64,000 nt of DNA from Centroscyllium fabricii. Its lineage: Eukaryota. The stretch lies in contig JBNRSN020000306.1 in NCBI GenBank assembly GCA_051313645.2, positions 496,001 to 560,000 of the forward strand. Reading direction: 5' to 3'. Each line of letters starts with the position of its first letter. The stretch's first letter is position 1. Of the stretch, positions 21,477 through 35,603 are shown piece after piece. The position numbers were made by a program, and so were the translations under genes. The notes beneath the pieces were generated by a model. It searched no databases and had not been told where the DNA came from. It saw only the letters and a list, made by a program, of their open reading frames with translations.

Positions 21477-23167
21477 TCTTGCTAACCAAAGCTCACAATC
21501 GTACTGTCATTGGCTGCAGTGCATCATTGCACCTCCTACAAATTCAATTTTCTTGCCCATAATCCAGCCTGTGCAGCGCATTTCATTCACGAATCTAGAT
21601 TGACTGCCTCAAACCGCCATCACTTCAGAAATATTCTCCCTTCCACAAATGACTTGCTCTTTAGCAGCAGCGTCAGTTTTCACAAATGCCGTGCCCCAGA
21701 TATCTGTGTTGGATCTTCAACTTTTCTTCCTATGTATGTTTGACTTGAATGGATCAGTAGAGCGCTGGAGATCGTAGTTTTATATCGCACAAAGTTAGAC
21801 GATCGATTCTTACTGCAAATGGGAAATACAGGGAACCAAATGGACAGAGAGAGAAGAAGCAAGCCGAGAAAACCAAGGCAAATCGTGTTCACTGTGCGCT
21901 AGTGTGATACCACCCACTTTAAGATATTTCGGAGTATTTTCTAAATAATGGGAAGTTATTAACTGTTGAGGAGCAAAGAGATTTCTGAGTCCCGGTTCAC
22001 AAATCATTATTAGCTGGTAGAAATGGAGGAAAATACATTCGAAAAATACGCGCATACGGGACGTTTAGCTACAGTTGAATCTCATGGTAGTAAAGGTCAC
22101 ATTTTTATCCTGGTTCGAAAATTGTTTGCTCGACAAGAGAAAAATTTTTCGGATAATGATCTGGTAATTTAATTGGCAGGATATTATGAGTGTTGACTCT
22201 GAGCGATCTCTTTTCGGGCCTCAACAATTTACCGATTTTTTTACGACTTATTGATGGGATTGAGAAGCTCCCATGATAGATTGAGGATAAAAAAATTAAA
22301 GGCGGCATTAGAAGCAGTTTAGATGGGAGCAATAAATTTGTCAAAATATTCATAGATTGATTGAAAGGGCAAATCCTTTGCAAATTGATTTAAATATTAT
22401 CAAGTGTGACGTCATCCACTTCGGATCTGAAAAGGAGCGTCTAGTACACACTCGTTATAATGTTAAGATGGAAAAAGTTGTGATCCGTAGTCTAAATGGT
22501 CCATGTACAAATATCATTAAATGGTCATGGACAGAAAAGATTCAAAAGACTATTTGAAAGGTGATATGTTTCTCTGTGGAATTTCAATAGAAGAAGCAGT
22601 AATATGCCCCATCTACACAAAGCACATGAGAGACCACACCTGCGGTACTGTGTTCAGTTCTGGGCTTCACAACTGAGGAAGGTGGTCGTTGGCATAAAGG
22701 TGGAGCCTAGGTTTACCACAATGATACAGAGTGTCAACGTCCAATGGAAGATTGCATAATCTAGGGTTATATTACCTGGAATTTAGAAGATTAAATGGGG
22801 AATTGATGGAAGTATTCACGATATTATGTGGAACTGATCGTGTCGATAGCGAGAAGCGATGTTTGATGATTGACCTGCCCGGGAGCCGGGAACATAGCCT
22901 CAAACATAGATACATGAATTGCAGGAGTGGAGTGAGTGTGACAGAAATTTCTATCACACTTCAGCAAACAACCCTTGAAGCTGGGTCAATTGTCAATCTT
23001 GAGATTGAGAGATGTTTGTCAAACAAATGCATCAATGGAGCGTTCCAGCACAGATTTAATTAAATGGCAGAGCGGCTCGAGGGGTTAAAAAGCCTCATCT
23101 GTTGTTATTTTCAACGTTAAAGGATCAGAGCACGGATGCAGAGACGACAATCCCCGTTTAAAAGCAG

Positions 23168-23240
23168 CGCTCGAACAGGGACTTGAACCCTGGACCCTCA
23201 GATTAAAAGTCTGATGCTCTACCGACTGAGCTATCCGGGC
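23168..23240 (-). tRNA. tRNA-Lys(UUU), variant G70A
   Basis: cgctcgaac; C3-A70 mismatch. Confidence 0.75.
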
Positions 23241-24942
23241 TCTTGCTAACCAAAGCTCACAATCGTACTGTCATTGGCTGCAGTGCATCATTGCACCTCC
23301 TACAAATTCAATTTTCTTGCCCAAAATCCAGCCTGTGCAGCGCAGTTCATTCACGAATCTAGATTGACTGCCTCAAACCGCCATCACTTCAGAAATATTC
23401 TCCCTTCCACAAATGACTTGCTCTTTAGCAGCAGCGTCAGTTTTCACAAATGCCGTGCCCCAGATATCTGTGTTGGATCTTCAACTTTTCTTCCTATATA
23501 TGTTTGACTTGAATGGATCAGTAGAGCGCTGGAGATCGTAGTTTTATATCGCACAAAGTTAGACGATCGATTCTTACTGCAAATGGGAAATACAGGGAAC
23601 CAAATGGACAGAGAGAGAAGAAGCAAGCCGAGAAAACCAAGGCAAATCGTGTTCACTGTGCGCTAGTGTGATACCACCCACTTTGGAACAAAGTAAGATA
23701 TTTCGGAGTATTTTCTAAATAATGGGAAGTTATTAACTGTTGAGGAGCAAAGAGATTTCTGAGTCCCGGTTCACAAATCATTATTAGCTGGTAGAAATGG
23801 AGGAAAATACATTCGAAAAATACGCGCATACGGGACGTTTAGCTACAGTTGAATCTCATGGTAGTAAAGGTCACATTTTTATCCTGGTTCGAAAATTGTT
23901 TGCTCGACAAGAGACACATTTTTCGGATAATGATCTGGTAATTTAATTGGCAGGATATTATGAGTGTTGACTCTGAGCGATCTCTTTTCGGGCCTCAACA
24001 ATTTACCGATTTTTTTACGACTTATTGATGGGACTGAGAAGCTCCCATGATAGATTGAGGATAAAAAAATTAAAGGCGGCATTAGAAGCAGTTTAGATGG
24101 GAGCAATAAATTTGTCAAAATATTCATAGATTGATTGAAAGGGCAAATCCTTTGCAAATTGATTTAAATATTATCAAGTGTGACGTCATCCACTTCGGAT
24201 CTGAAAAGGGGCGTCTAGTACACACTCGTTATAATGTTAAGATGGAAAAAGTTGTGATCCGTAGTCTAAATGGTCCATGTACAAATATCATTAAATGGTC
24301 ATGGACAGAAAAGATTCAAAAGACTTTTTGAAAGGTGATATGTTTCTCTGTGGAATTTCAATAGAAGAAGCAGTAATATGCCCCATCTACACAAAGCACA
24401 GGAGAGACCACACCTGCGGTACTGTGTTCAGTTCTGGGCTTCACAACTGAGGAAGGTGGTCGTTGGCATAAAGGTGGAGCCTAGGTTTACCACAATGATA
24501 CAGAGTGTCAACGTCCAATGGAAGATTGCATAATCTAGGGTTATATTACCTGGAATTTAGAAGGTTAAATGGGGAATTGATGGAAGTATTCACGATATTA
24601 TGTGGAACTAATCGTGTCGATAGCGAGAAGCGATGTTTGATGATTGACCTGCCCGGGAGCCGGGAACATAGCCTCAAATATAGATACATGAATTGCAGGA
24701 GTGGAGTGAGTGTGACAGAAATTTCTATCACACTTCAGCAAACAACCCTTGAAGCTGGGTCAATTGTCAGTCTTGAGATTGAGAGATGTTTGTCAAACAA
24801 ATGCATCAATGGAGCGTTCCAGCACAGATTTAATTAAATGGCAGAGCGGCTCGAGGGGTTAAAAAGCCTCATCCTGTTGTTATTTTCAACGTTAAAGGAT
24901 CAGAGCACGGATGCAGAGACGACCGTGCCCGTTTAAAAGCAG

Positions 24943-25015
24943 CACCCGAACAGGGACTTGAACCCTGGACCCTCAGATTAAAAGTCTGATGCTCTACCGA
25001 CTGAGCTATCCGGGC
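24943..25015 (-). tRNA. tRNA-Lys(UUU), variant C72U (G1-U72)
   Basis: cacccgaac. Confidence 0.8.
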
Positions 25016-26707
25016 TCTTGCTAACCAAAGCTCACAATCGTACTGTCATTGGCTGCCGTGCATCATTGCACCTCCTACAAATTCAATTTTCTTGCCCATA
25101 ATCCAGCCTGTGCAGTGCATTTCATTCACGAATCTAGATTGACTGCCTCAAACCGCCATCACTTCAGAAATATTCTCCCTTCCACAAATGACTTGCTCTT
25201 TAGCAGCAGCGTCAGTTTTCACAAATGCCGTGCCCCAGATATCTGTGTTGGATCTTCAACTTTTCTTCCTATGTATGTTTGACTTGAATGGATCAGTAGA
25301 GCGCTGGAGATCGTAGTTTTATATCGCACAAAGTTAGACGATCGATTCTTACTGCAAATGGGAAATACAGGGAACCAAATGGACAGAGAGAGAAGAAGCA
25401 AGCCGAGAAAACCAAGGCAAATCGTGTTCACTGTGCGCTAGTGTGATACCACCCACTTTAAGATATTTCGGAGTATTTTCTAAATAATGGAAAGTTATTA
25501 ACTGTTGAGGAGCAAAGAGATTTCTGAGTCCCGGTTCACAAATCATTATTAGCTGGTAGAAATGGAGGAAAATACATTCGAAAAATACGCGCATACGGGA
25601 CGTTTAGCTACAGTTGAATCTCATGGTAGTAAAGGTCACATTTTTATCCTGGTTCGAAAACTGTTTGCTCGACAAGAGACACATTTTTCGGATAATGATC
25701 TGGTAATTTAATTGGCAGGATATTATGAGTGTTGACTCTGAGCGATCTCTTTTCGGGCCTCAACAATTTACCGATTTTTTTACGACTTATTGATGGGATT
25801 GAGAAGCTCCCATGATAGATTGAGGATAAAAAAATTAAAGGCGGCATTAGAAGCAGTTTAGATGGGAGCAATAAATTTGTCAAAATATTCATAGATTGAT
25901 TGAAAGGGCAAATCCTTTGCAAATTGGTTTAAATATTATCAAGTGTGACGTAATCCACTTCGGATCTGAAAAGGGGCGTCTAGTACACACTCGTTATAAT
26001 GTTAAGATGGAAAAAGTTGTGATCCGTAGTCTAAATGGTCCATGTACAAATATCATTAAATGGTCATGGACAGAAAAGATTCAAAAGACTATTTGAAAGG
26101 TGATATGTTTCTCTGTGGAATTTCAATAGAAGAAGCAGTAATATGCCCCATCTACACAAAGCACATGAGAGACCACACCTGCGGTACTGTGTTCAGTTCT
26201 GGGCTTCACAACTGAGGAAGGTGGTCGTTGGCATAAAGGTGGAGCCTAGGTTTACCACAATGATACAGAGTGTCAACGTCCAATGGAAGATTGCATAATC
26301 TAGGGTTATATTACCTGGAATTTAGAAGATTAAATGGGGAATTGATGGAAGTATTCACGATATTATGTGGAACTGATCGTGTCGATAGCGAGAAGCGATG
26401 TTTGATGATTGACCTTCCCGGGAGCCGGGAACATAGCCTCAAACATAGATACATGAATTGCAGGAGTGGAGTGAGTGTGACAGAAATTTCTATCACACTT
26501 CAGCAAACAACCCTTAAAGCTGGGTCAATTGTCAATCTTGAGATTGAGAGATGTTTGTCAAACAAATGCATCAATGGAGCGTTCCAGCACAGATTTAATT
26601 AAATGGCAGAGCGGCTCGAGGGGTTAAAAAGCCTCATCCTGTTGTTATTTTCAACGTTAAAGGATCAGAGCACGGATGCAGAGACGACAATCCCCGTTTA
26701 AAAGCAG

Positions 26708-26780
26708 CGCCCGAACAGGGACTTGAACCCTGGACCCTCAGATTAAAAGTCTGATGCTCTACCGACTGAGCTATCCGGGC
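26708..26780 (-). tRNA. tRNA-Lys(UUU), canonical
   Basis: Identical to the copy at 3434. Confidence 0.97.
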
Positions 26781-28472
26781 TCGTGCTAACCAAAGCTCAC
26801 AATCGTACTGTCATTGGCTGCAGTGCATCATTGCACCTCCTGCAAATTCAATTATCTTGCCCATAATCCAGCCTGTGCAGTGCATTTCATTCACGAATCT
26901 AGATTGACTGCCTCAAACCGCCATCACTTCAGAAATATTCTCCCTTCCACAAACGACTTGCTCTTTAGCAGCAGCGTCAGTTTTCACAAATGCCGTGCCC
27001 CAGATATCTGTGTTGGATCTTCAACTTTTCTTCCTATGTATGTTTGACTTGAATGGATCAGTAGAGCGCTGGAGATCGTAGTTTTATATCGCACAAAGTT
27101 AGACGATCGATTATTACCGCAAATGGGAAATACAGGGAACCAAATGGACAGAGAGAGAAGAAGCAAGCCGAGAAAACCAAGGCAAATCGTGTTCACTGTG
27201 CGCTAGTGTGATACCACCCACTTTAAGATATTTCGGAGTATTTTCTAAATAATGGGAAGTTATTAACTGTTGAGGAGCAAAGAGATTTCTGAGTCCCGGT
27301 TCACAAATCATTATTAGCTGGTAGAAATGGAGGAAAATACATTCGAAAAATACGCGCATACGGGACATTTAGCTACAGTTGAATCTCGTGGTAGTAAAGG
27401 TCACATTTTTATACTGGTTCGAAAATTGTTTGCTCGACAAGAGACACATTTTTCGGATAATGATCTGGTAATTTAATTGGCAGGATATTATGAGTGTTGA
27501 CTCTGAGCGATCTCTTTTCGGTCCTCAACAATTTACCGATTTTTTTACGACTTATTGATGGGATTGAGAAGCTCCCATGATAGATTGAGGATAAAAAAAT
27601 TAAAGGCGGCATTAGAAGCAGTTTAGATGGGAGCAATAAATTTGTCAAAATATTCATAGATTGATTGAATGGGCAAATTCTTTGCAAATTGTTTGAAATA
27701 TTATCAAGTGTGACGTCATCCACTTCGGATCTGAAAAGGGGCGTCTAGTACACACTCGTTATAATGTTAAGATGGAAAAAGTTGTGATCCGTAGTCTAAA
27801 TGGTCCATGTACAAATATCATTAAATGGTCATGGACAGAAAAGATTCAAAAGACTATTTGAAAGGTGATATGTTTCTCTGTGGAATTTCAATAGAAGAAG
27901 CAGTAATATGCCCCATCTACACAAAGCACAGGAGAGACCACACCTGCGGTACTGTGTTCAGTTCTGGGCTTCACAACTGAGGAAGGTGGTCGTTGGCATA
28001 AAGGTGGAGCCTAGGTTTACCACAATGATACAGAGTGTCAACGTCCAATGGAAGATTGCATAATCTAGGGTTATATTACCTGGAATTTAGAAGATTAAAT
28101 GAGGAATTGATGGAAGTATTCACGATATTATGTGGAACTGATCGTGTCGATAGCGAGAAGCGATGTTTGATGATTGACCTGCCCGGGAGCCGGGAACATA
28201 GCCTCAAACATAGATACATGAATTGCAGGAGTGGAGTGAGTGTGACAGAAATTTCTAACACACTTCAGCAAACAACCCTTGAAGCTGGGTCAATTGTCAG
28301 TCTTGAGATTGAGAGATGTTTGTCAAACAAATGCATCAATGGAGCGTTCCAGCACAGATTTAATTAAATGGCAGAGCGGCTCGAGGGGTTAAAAAGCCTC
28401 ATCCTGTTGTTATTTTCATCGTTAAAGGATCAGAGCACGGATGCAGAGACGACCATCTCCGTTTAAAAGCAG

Positions 28473-28545
28473 CGCCCGAACAGGGACTTGAACCCTGGAC
28501 CCTCAGATTAAAAGTCTGATGCTCTACCGACTGAGCTATCCGGGC
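28473..28545 (-). tRNA. tRNA-Lys(UUU), canonical
   Basis: Identical to the copy at 3434. Confidence 0.97.
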
Positions 28546-30237
28546 TCTTGCTAACCAAAGCTCACAATCGTACTGTCATTGGTTGCAGTGCATCATTGCA
28601 CCTCCTACAAATTCAATTTTCTTGCCCATAATCCAGCCTGTGCAGCGCAATTCATTCACGAATCTAGATTGACTGCCTCAAACCGCCATCACTTCAGAAA
28701 TATTCTCCCTTCCACAAATGACTTGCTCTTTAGCAGCAGCGTCAGTTTTCACAAATGCCGTGCCCCAGATATCTGTGTTGGATCTTCAACTTTTCTTCCT
28801 ATGTATGTTTGACTTGAATGGATCAGTAGAGCGCTGGAGATCGTAGTTTTATATCGCACAAAGTTAGACGATCGATTCTTACTGCAAATGGGAAATACAG
28901 GGAACCAAATGGACAGAGAGAGAAGAAGCAAGCCGAGAAAACCAAGGCAAATCGTGTTCACTGTGCTCTAGTGTGATACCACCCACTTTAAGATATTTCG
29001 GAGTATTTTCTAAATAATGGGAAGTTATTAACTGTTGAGGAGCAAAGAGATTTCTGAGTCACGGTTCACAAATCATTATTAGCTGGTAGAAATGGAGGAA
29101 AATACATTCGAAAAATACGCGCATACGGGACGTTTAGCTACAGTTGAATCTCATGGTAGTAAAGGTCACATTTTTATCCTGGTTCGAAAATTGTTTGCTC
29201 GACAAGAGACACATTTTTCGGATAATGATCTGGTAATTTAATTGGCAGGATATTATGAGTGTTGACTTTGAGCGATCTCTTTTCGGGCCTCAACAATTTA
29301 CCGATTTTTTTACGACTTATTGATGGGATTGAGAAGCTCCCATGATAGATTGAGGATAAAAAAATTAAAGGCGGCATTAGAAGCAGTTTAGATGGGAGCA
29401 ATAAATTTGTCAAAATATTCATAGATTGATTGAAAGGGCAAATCCTTTGCAAATTGATTTAAATATTATCAAGTGTGACGTCATCCAATTCGGATCTGAA
29501 AAGGAGCGTCTAGTACACACTCGTTATAATGTTAAGATGGAAAAAGTTGTGATCCGTAGTCTAAATGGTCCATGTACAAATATCATTAAATGGTCATGGA
29601 CAGAAAAGATACAAAAGACTATTTGAAAGGTGATATGTTTCTCTGTGGAATTTCAATAGAAGAAGCAGTAATATGCCCCATCTACACAAAGCACATGAGA
29701 GACCACACCTGCGGTACTGTGTTCAGTTCTGGGCTTCACAACTGAGGAAGGTGGTCGTTGGCATAAAGGTGGAGCCTAGGTTTACCACAATGATACAGAG
29801 TGTCAACGTCCAATGGAAGATTGCATAATCTAGGGTTATATTACCTGGAATTTAGAAGATTAAATGGGGAATTGATGGAAGTATTCACGATATTATGTGG
29901 AACTGATCGTGTCGATAGCGAGAAGCGATGTTTGATGATGGACCTGCCCTGGAGCCGGGAACATAGCCACAAACATAGATACATGAATTGCAGGAGTGGA
30001 GTGAGTGTGACAGAAATTTTTAACACACTTCAGCAAACAACCCTTGAAGCTGGGTCAATTGTCAGTCTTGAGATTGAGAGATGTTTGTCAAACAAATGCA
30101 TCAATGGAGCGTTCCAGCACAGATTTAATTAAATGGCAGAGCAGCTCGAGTAGTTAAAAAGCCTCATCCTGTTGTTATTTTCATCGTTAAAGGATCAGAG
30201 CACGGATGCAGAGACGACAATCTCCGTTTAAAAGCTG

Positions 30238-30310
30238 CGCCCGAAGTGGGACTTGAACCCTGGACCCTCATATTAAAAGTCTGATGTTCTACCGACTGAG
30301 CTATCCGGGC
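30238..30310 (-). pseudogene. tRNA-Lys(UUU) probable pseudogene (G24A, C40A, U64A, G65C)
   Basis: T-, anticodon- and D-stem mismatches. Confidence 0.85.
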
Positions 30311-32012
30311 TCTTGCTAACCAAAGCTCACAATCGTACTGTCATTGGCTGCAGTGCATCATTGCACCTCCTACAAATTCAATTTTCTTGCCCAAAATCCA
30401 GCCTGTGCAGCGCATTTCATTTACGAATCTAGATTGACTGCCTCAAACCGCCATCACTTCAGAAATATTCTCCCTTCCACAAATGACTTGCTCTTTAGCA
30501 GCAGCGTCAGTTTTCACAAATGCCGTGCCCCAACAATCTGTGTTGGATCTTCAACTTTTCTTCCTATATATGTTTGACTTGAATGGATCAGTAGAGCGCT
30601 GGAGATCGTAGTTTTATATCGCACAAAGTTAGACGATCGATTCTTACTGCAAATGGGAAATACAGGGAACCAAATGGACAGAGAGAGAAGAAGCAAGCCG
30701 AGAAAACCAAGGCAAATCGTGTTCACTGTGCGCTAGTGTGATACCACCCACTTTGGAACAATGTAAGATATTTCGGAGTATTTTCTAAATAATGGGAAGT
30801 TATTAACTGTTGAGGAGCAAAGAGATTTCTGAGTCCCGGTTCACAAATCATTATTAGCTGGTAGAAATGGAGGAAAATACATTCGAAAAATACGCGCATA
30901 CGGGACGTTTAGCTACAGTTGAATCTCATGGTAGTAAAGGTCACATTTTTATCCTGGTTCGAAAATTGTTTGCTCGACAAGAGACACATTTTTCGGATAA
31001 TGATCTGGTAATTTAATTGGCAGGATATTATGAGTGTTGACTCTGAGCGATCTCTTTTCGGGCCTCAACAATTTACCGATTTTTTTACGACTTATTGATG
31101 GGATTGAGAAGCTCCCATGATAGATTGAGGATAAAAAAATTAAAGGCGGCATTAGAAGCAGTTTAGATGGGAGCAATAAATTTGTCAAAATATTCATAGA
31201 TTGATTGAAAGGGCAAATCCTTTGCAAATTGGTTTAAATATTATCAAGTGTGACGTAATCCACTTCGGATCTGAAAAGGTGCGTCTAGTACACACTCGTT
31301 ATAATGTTAAGATGGAAAAAGTTGTGATCCGTAGTCTAAATGGTCCATGTACAAATATCATTAAATGGTCATGGACAGAAAAGATTCAAAAGACTATTTG
31401 AAAGGTGATATGTTTCTCTGTGGAATTTCAATAGAAGAAGCAGTAATATGCCCCATCTACACAAAGCACATGAGAGACCACACCTGCGGTACTGTGTTCA
31501 GTTCTGGGCTTCACAACTGAGGAAGGTGGTCGTTGGCATAAAGGTGGAGCCTAGGTTTACCACAATGATACAGAGTGTCAACGTCCAATGGAAGATTGCA
31601 TAATCTAGGGTTATATTACCTGGAATTTAGAAGATTAAATGGGGAATTGATGGAAGTATTCACGATATTATGTGGAACTGATCGTGTCGATAGCGAGAAG
31701 CGATGTTTGATGATTGACCTTCCCGGGAGCCGGGAACATAGCCTCAAACATAGATACATGAATTGCAGGAGTGGAGTGAGTGTGACAGAAATTTCTATCA
31801 CACTTCAGCAAACAACCCTTAAAGCTGGGTCAATTGTCAATCTTGAGATTGAGAGATGTTTGTCAAACAAATGCATCAATGGAGCGTTCCAGCACAGATT
31901 TAATTAAATGGCAGAGCGGCTCGAGGGGTTAAAAAGCCTCATCCTGTTGTTATTTTCAACGTTAAAGGATCAGAGCACGGATGCAGAGACGACAATCCCC
32001 GTTTAAAAGCAG

Positions 32013-32085
32013 CGCCCGAACAGGGACTTGAACCCTGGACCCTCAGATTAAAAGTCTGATGCTCTACCGACTGAGCTATCCGGGC
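32013..32085 (-). tRNA. tRNA-Lys(UUU), canonical
   Basis: Identical to the copy at 3434. Confidence 0.97.
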
Positions 32086-33777
32086 TCGTGCTAACCAAAG
32101 CTCACAATCGTACTGTCATTGGCTGCAGTGCATCATTGCACCTCCTGCAAATTCAATTATCTTGCCCATAATCCAGCCTGTGCAGTGCATTTCATTCACG
32201 AATCTAGATTGACTGCCTCAAACCGCCATCACTTCAGAAATATTCTCCCTTCCACAAACGACTTGCTCTTTAGCAGCAGCGTCAGTTTTCACAAATGCCG
32301 TGCCCCAGATATCTGTGTTGGATCTTCAACTTTTCTTCCTATTTATGTTTGACTTGAATGGATCAGTAGAGCGCTGGAGATCGTAGTTTTATATCGCACA
32401 AAGTTAGACGATCGATTATTACCGCAAATGGGAAATACAGGGAACCAAATGGACAGAGAGAGAAGAAGCAAGCCGAGAAAACCAAGGCAAATCGTGTTCA
32501 CTGTGCGCTAGTGTGATACCACCCACTTTAAGATATTTCGGAGTATTTTCTAAATAATGGGAAGTTATTAACTGTTGAGGAGCAAAGAGATTTCTGAGTC
32601 CCGGTTCACAAATCATTATTAGCTGGTAGAAATGGAGGAAAATACATTCGAAAAATAGGCGCATACGGGACATTTAGCTACAGTTGAATCTCGTGGTAGT
32701 AAAGGTCACATTTTTATACTGGTTCGAAAATTGTTTGCTCGACAAGAGACACATTTTTCGGATAATGATCTGGTAATTTAATTGGCAGGATATTATGAGT
32801 GTTGACTCTGAGCGATCTCTTTTCGGTCCTCAACAATTTACCGATTTTTTTACGACTTATTGATGGGATTGAGAAGCTCCCATGATAGATTGAGGATAAA
32901 AAAATTAAAGGCGGCATTAGAAGCAGTTTAGATGGGAGCAATAAATTTGTCAAAATATTCATAGATTGATTGAATGGGCAAATTCTTTGCAAATTGTTTG
33001 AAATATTATCAAGTGTGACGTCATCCACTTCGGATCTGAAAAGGGGCGTCTAGTACACACTCGTTATAATGTTAAGATGGAAAAAGTTGTGATCCGTAGT
33101 CTAAATGGTCCATGTACAAATATCATTAAATGGTCATGGACAGAAAAGATTCAAAAGACTATTTGAAAGGTGATATGTTTCTCTGTGGAATTTCAATAGA
33201 AGAAGCAGTAATATGCCCCATCTACACAAAGCACAGGAGAGACCACACCTGCGGTACTGTGTTCAGTTCTGGGCTTCACAACTGAGGAAGGTGGTCGTTG
33301 GCATAAAGGTGGAGCCTAGGTTTACCACAATGATACAGAGTGTCAACGTCCAATGGAAGATTGCATAATCTAGGGTTATATTACCTGGAATTTAGAAGAT
33401 TAAATGAGGAATTGATGGAAGTATTCACGATATTATGTGGAACTGATCGTGTCGATAGCGAGAAGCGATGTTTGATGATTGACCTGCCCGGGAGCCGGGA
33501 ACATAGCCTCAAACATAGATACATGAATTGCAGGAGTGGAGTGAGTGTGACAGAAATTTCTAACACACTTCAGCAAACAACCCTTGAAGCTGGGTCAATT
33601 GTCAGTCTTGAGATTGAGAGATGTTTGTCAAACAAATGCATCAATGGAGCGTTCCAGCACAGATTTAATTAAATGGCAGAGCGGCTCGAGGGGTTAAAAA
33701 GCCTCATCCTGTTGTTATTTTCATCGTTAAAGGATCAGAGCACGGATGCAGAGACGACCATCTCCGTTTAAAAGCAG

Positions 33778-33850
33778 CGCCCGAACAGGGACTTGAACCC
33801 TGGACCCTCAGATTAAAAGTCTGATGCTCTACCGACTGAGCTATCCGGGC
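33778..33850 (-). tRNA. tRNA-Lys(UUU), canonical
   Basis: Identical to the copy at 3434. Confidence 0.97.
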
Positions 33851-35530
33851 TCTTGCTAACCAAAGCTCACAATCGTACTGTCATTGGTTGCAGTGCATCA
33901 TTGCACCTCCTACAAATTCAATTTTCTTGCCCATAATCCAGCCTGTGCAGCGCAATTCATTCACGAATCTAGATTGACTGCCTCAAACCGCCATCACTTC
34001 AGAAATATTCTCCCTTCCACAAATGACTTGCTCTTTAGCAGCAGCGTCAGTTTTCACAAATGCCGTGCCCCAGATATCTGTGTTGGATCTTCAACTTTTC
34101 TTCCTATGTATGTTTGACTTGAATGGATCAGTAGAGCGCTGGAGATCGTAGTTTTATATCGCACAAAGTTAGACGATCGATTCTTACTGCAAATGGGAAA
34201 TACAGGGAACCAAATGGACAGAGAGAGAAGAAGCAAGCCGAGAAAACCAAGGCAAATCGTGTTCACTGTGCGCTAGTGTGATACCACCCACTTTAAGATA
34301 TTTCGGAGTATTTTCTAAATAATGGGAAGTTATTAACTGTTGAGGAGCAAAGAGATTTCTGAGTCACGGTTCACAAATCATTATTAGCTGGTAGAAATGG
34401 AGGAAAATACATTCGAAAAATACGCGCATACGGGACGTTTAGCTACAGTTGAATCTCATGGTAGTAAAGGTCACATTTTTATCCTGGTTCGAAAATTGTT
34501 TGCTCGACAAGAGACACATTTTTCGGATAATGATCTGGTAATTTAATTGGCAGGATATTATGAGTGTTGACTTTGAGCGATCTCTTTTCGGGCCTCAACA
34601 ATTTACCGATTTTTTTACGACTTATTGATGGGATTGAGAAGCTCCCATGATAGATTGAGGATAAAAAAATTAAAGGCGGCATTAGAAGCAGTTTAGATGG
34701 GAGCAATAAATTTGTCAAAATATTCATAGATTGATTGAAAGGGCAAATCCTTTGCAAATTGATTTAAATATTATCAAGTGTGACGTCATCCAATTCGGAT
34801 CTGAAAAGGAGCGTCTAGTACACACTCGTTATAATGTTAAGATGGAAAAAGTTGTGATCCGTAGTCTAAATGGTCCATGTACAAATATCATTAAATGGTC
34901 ATGGACAGAAAAGATTCAAAAGACTATTTGAAAGGTGATATGTTTCTCTGTGGAATTTCAATAGAAGAAGCAGTAATATGCCCCATCTACACAAAGCACA
35001 TGAGAGACCACACCTGCGGTACTGTGTTCAGTTCTGGGCTTCACAACTGAGGAAGGTGGTCGTTGGCATAAAGGTGGAGCCTAGGTTTACCACAATGATA
35101 CAGAGTGTCAACGTCCAATGGAAGATTGCATAATCTAGGGTTATATTACCTGGAATTTAGAAGATTAAATGGGGAATTGATGGAAGTATTCACGATATTA
35201 TGTGGAACTGATCGTGTCGATAGCGAGAAGCGATGTTTGATGATGGACCTGCCCTGGAGCCGGGAACATAGATACATGAATTGCAGGAGTGGAGTGAGTG
35301 TGACAGAAATTTTTAACACACTTCAGCAAACAACCCTTGAAGCTGGGTCAATTGTCAGTCTTGAGATTGAGAGATGTTTGTCAAACAAATGCATCAATGG
35401 AGCGTTCCAGCACAGATTTAATTAAATGGCAGAGCAGCTCGAGTAGTTAAAAAGCCTCATCCTGTTGTTATTTTCATCGTTAAAGGATCAGAGCACGGAT
35501 GCAGAGACGACAATCTCCGTTTAAAAGCTG

Positions 35531-35603
35531 CGCCCGAAGTGGGACTTGAACCCTGGACCCTCATATTAAAAGTCTGATGCTCTACCGACTGAGCTATCCG
35601 GGC
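35531..35603 (-). pseudogene. tRNA-Lys(UUU) probable pseudogene (C40A, U64A, G65C)
   Basis: Shares lesions with the copy at 30238. Confidence 0.85.
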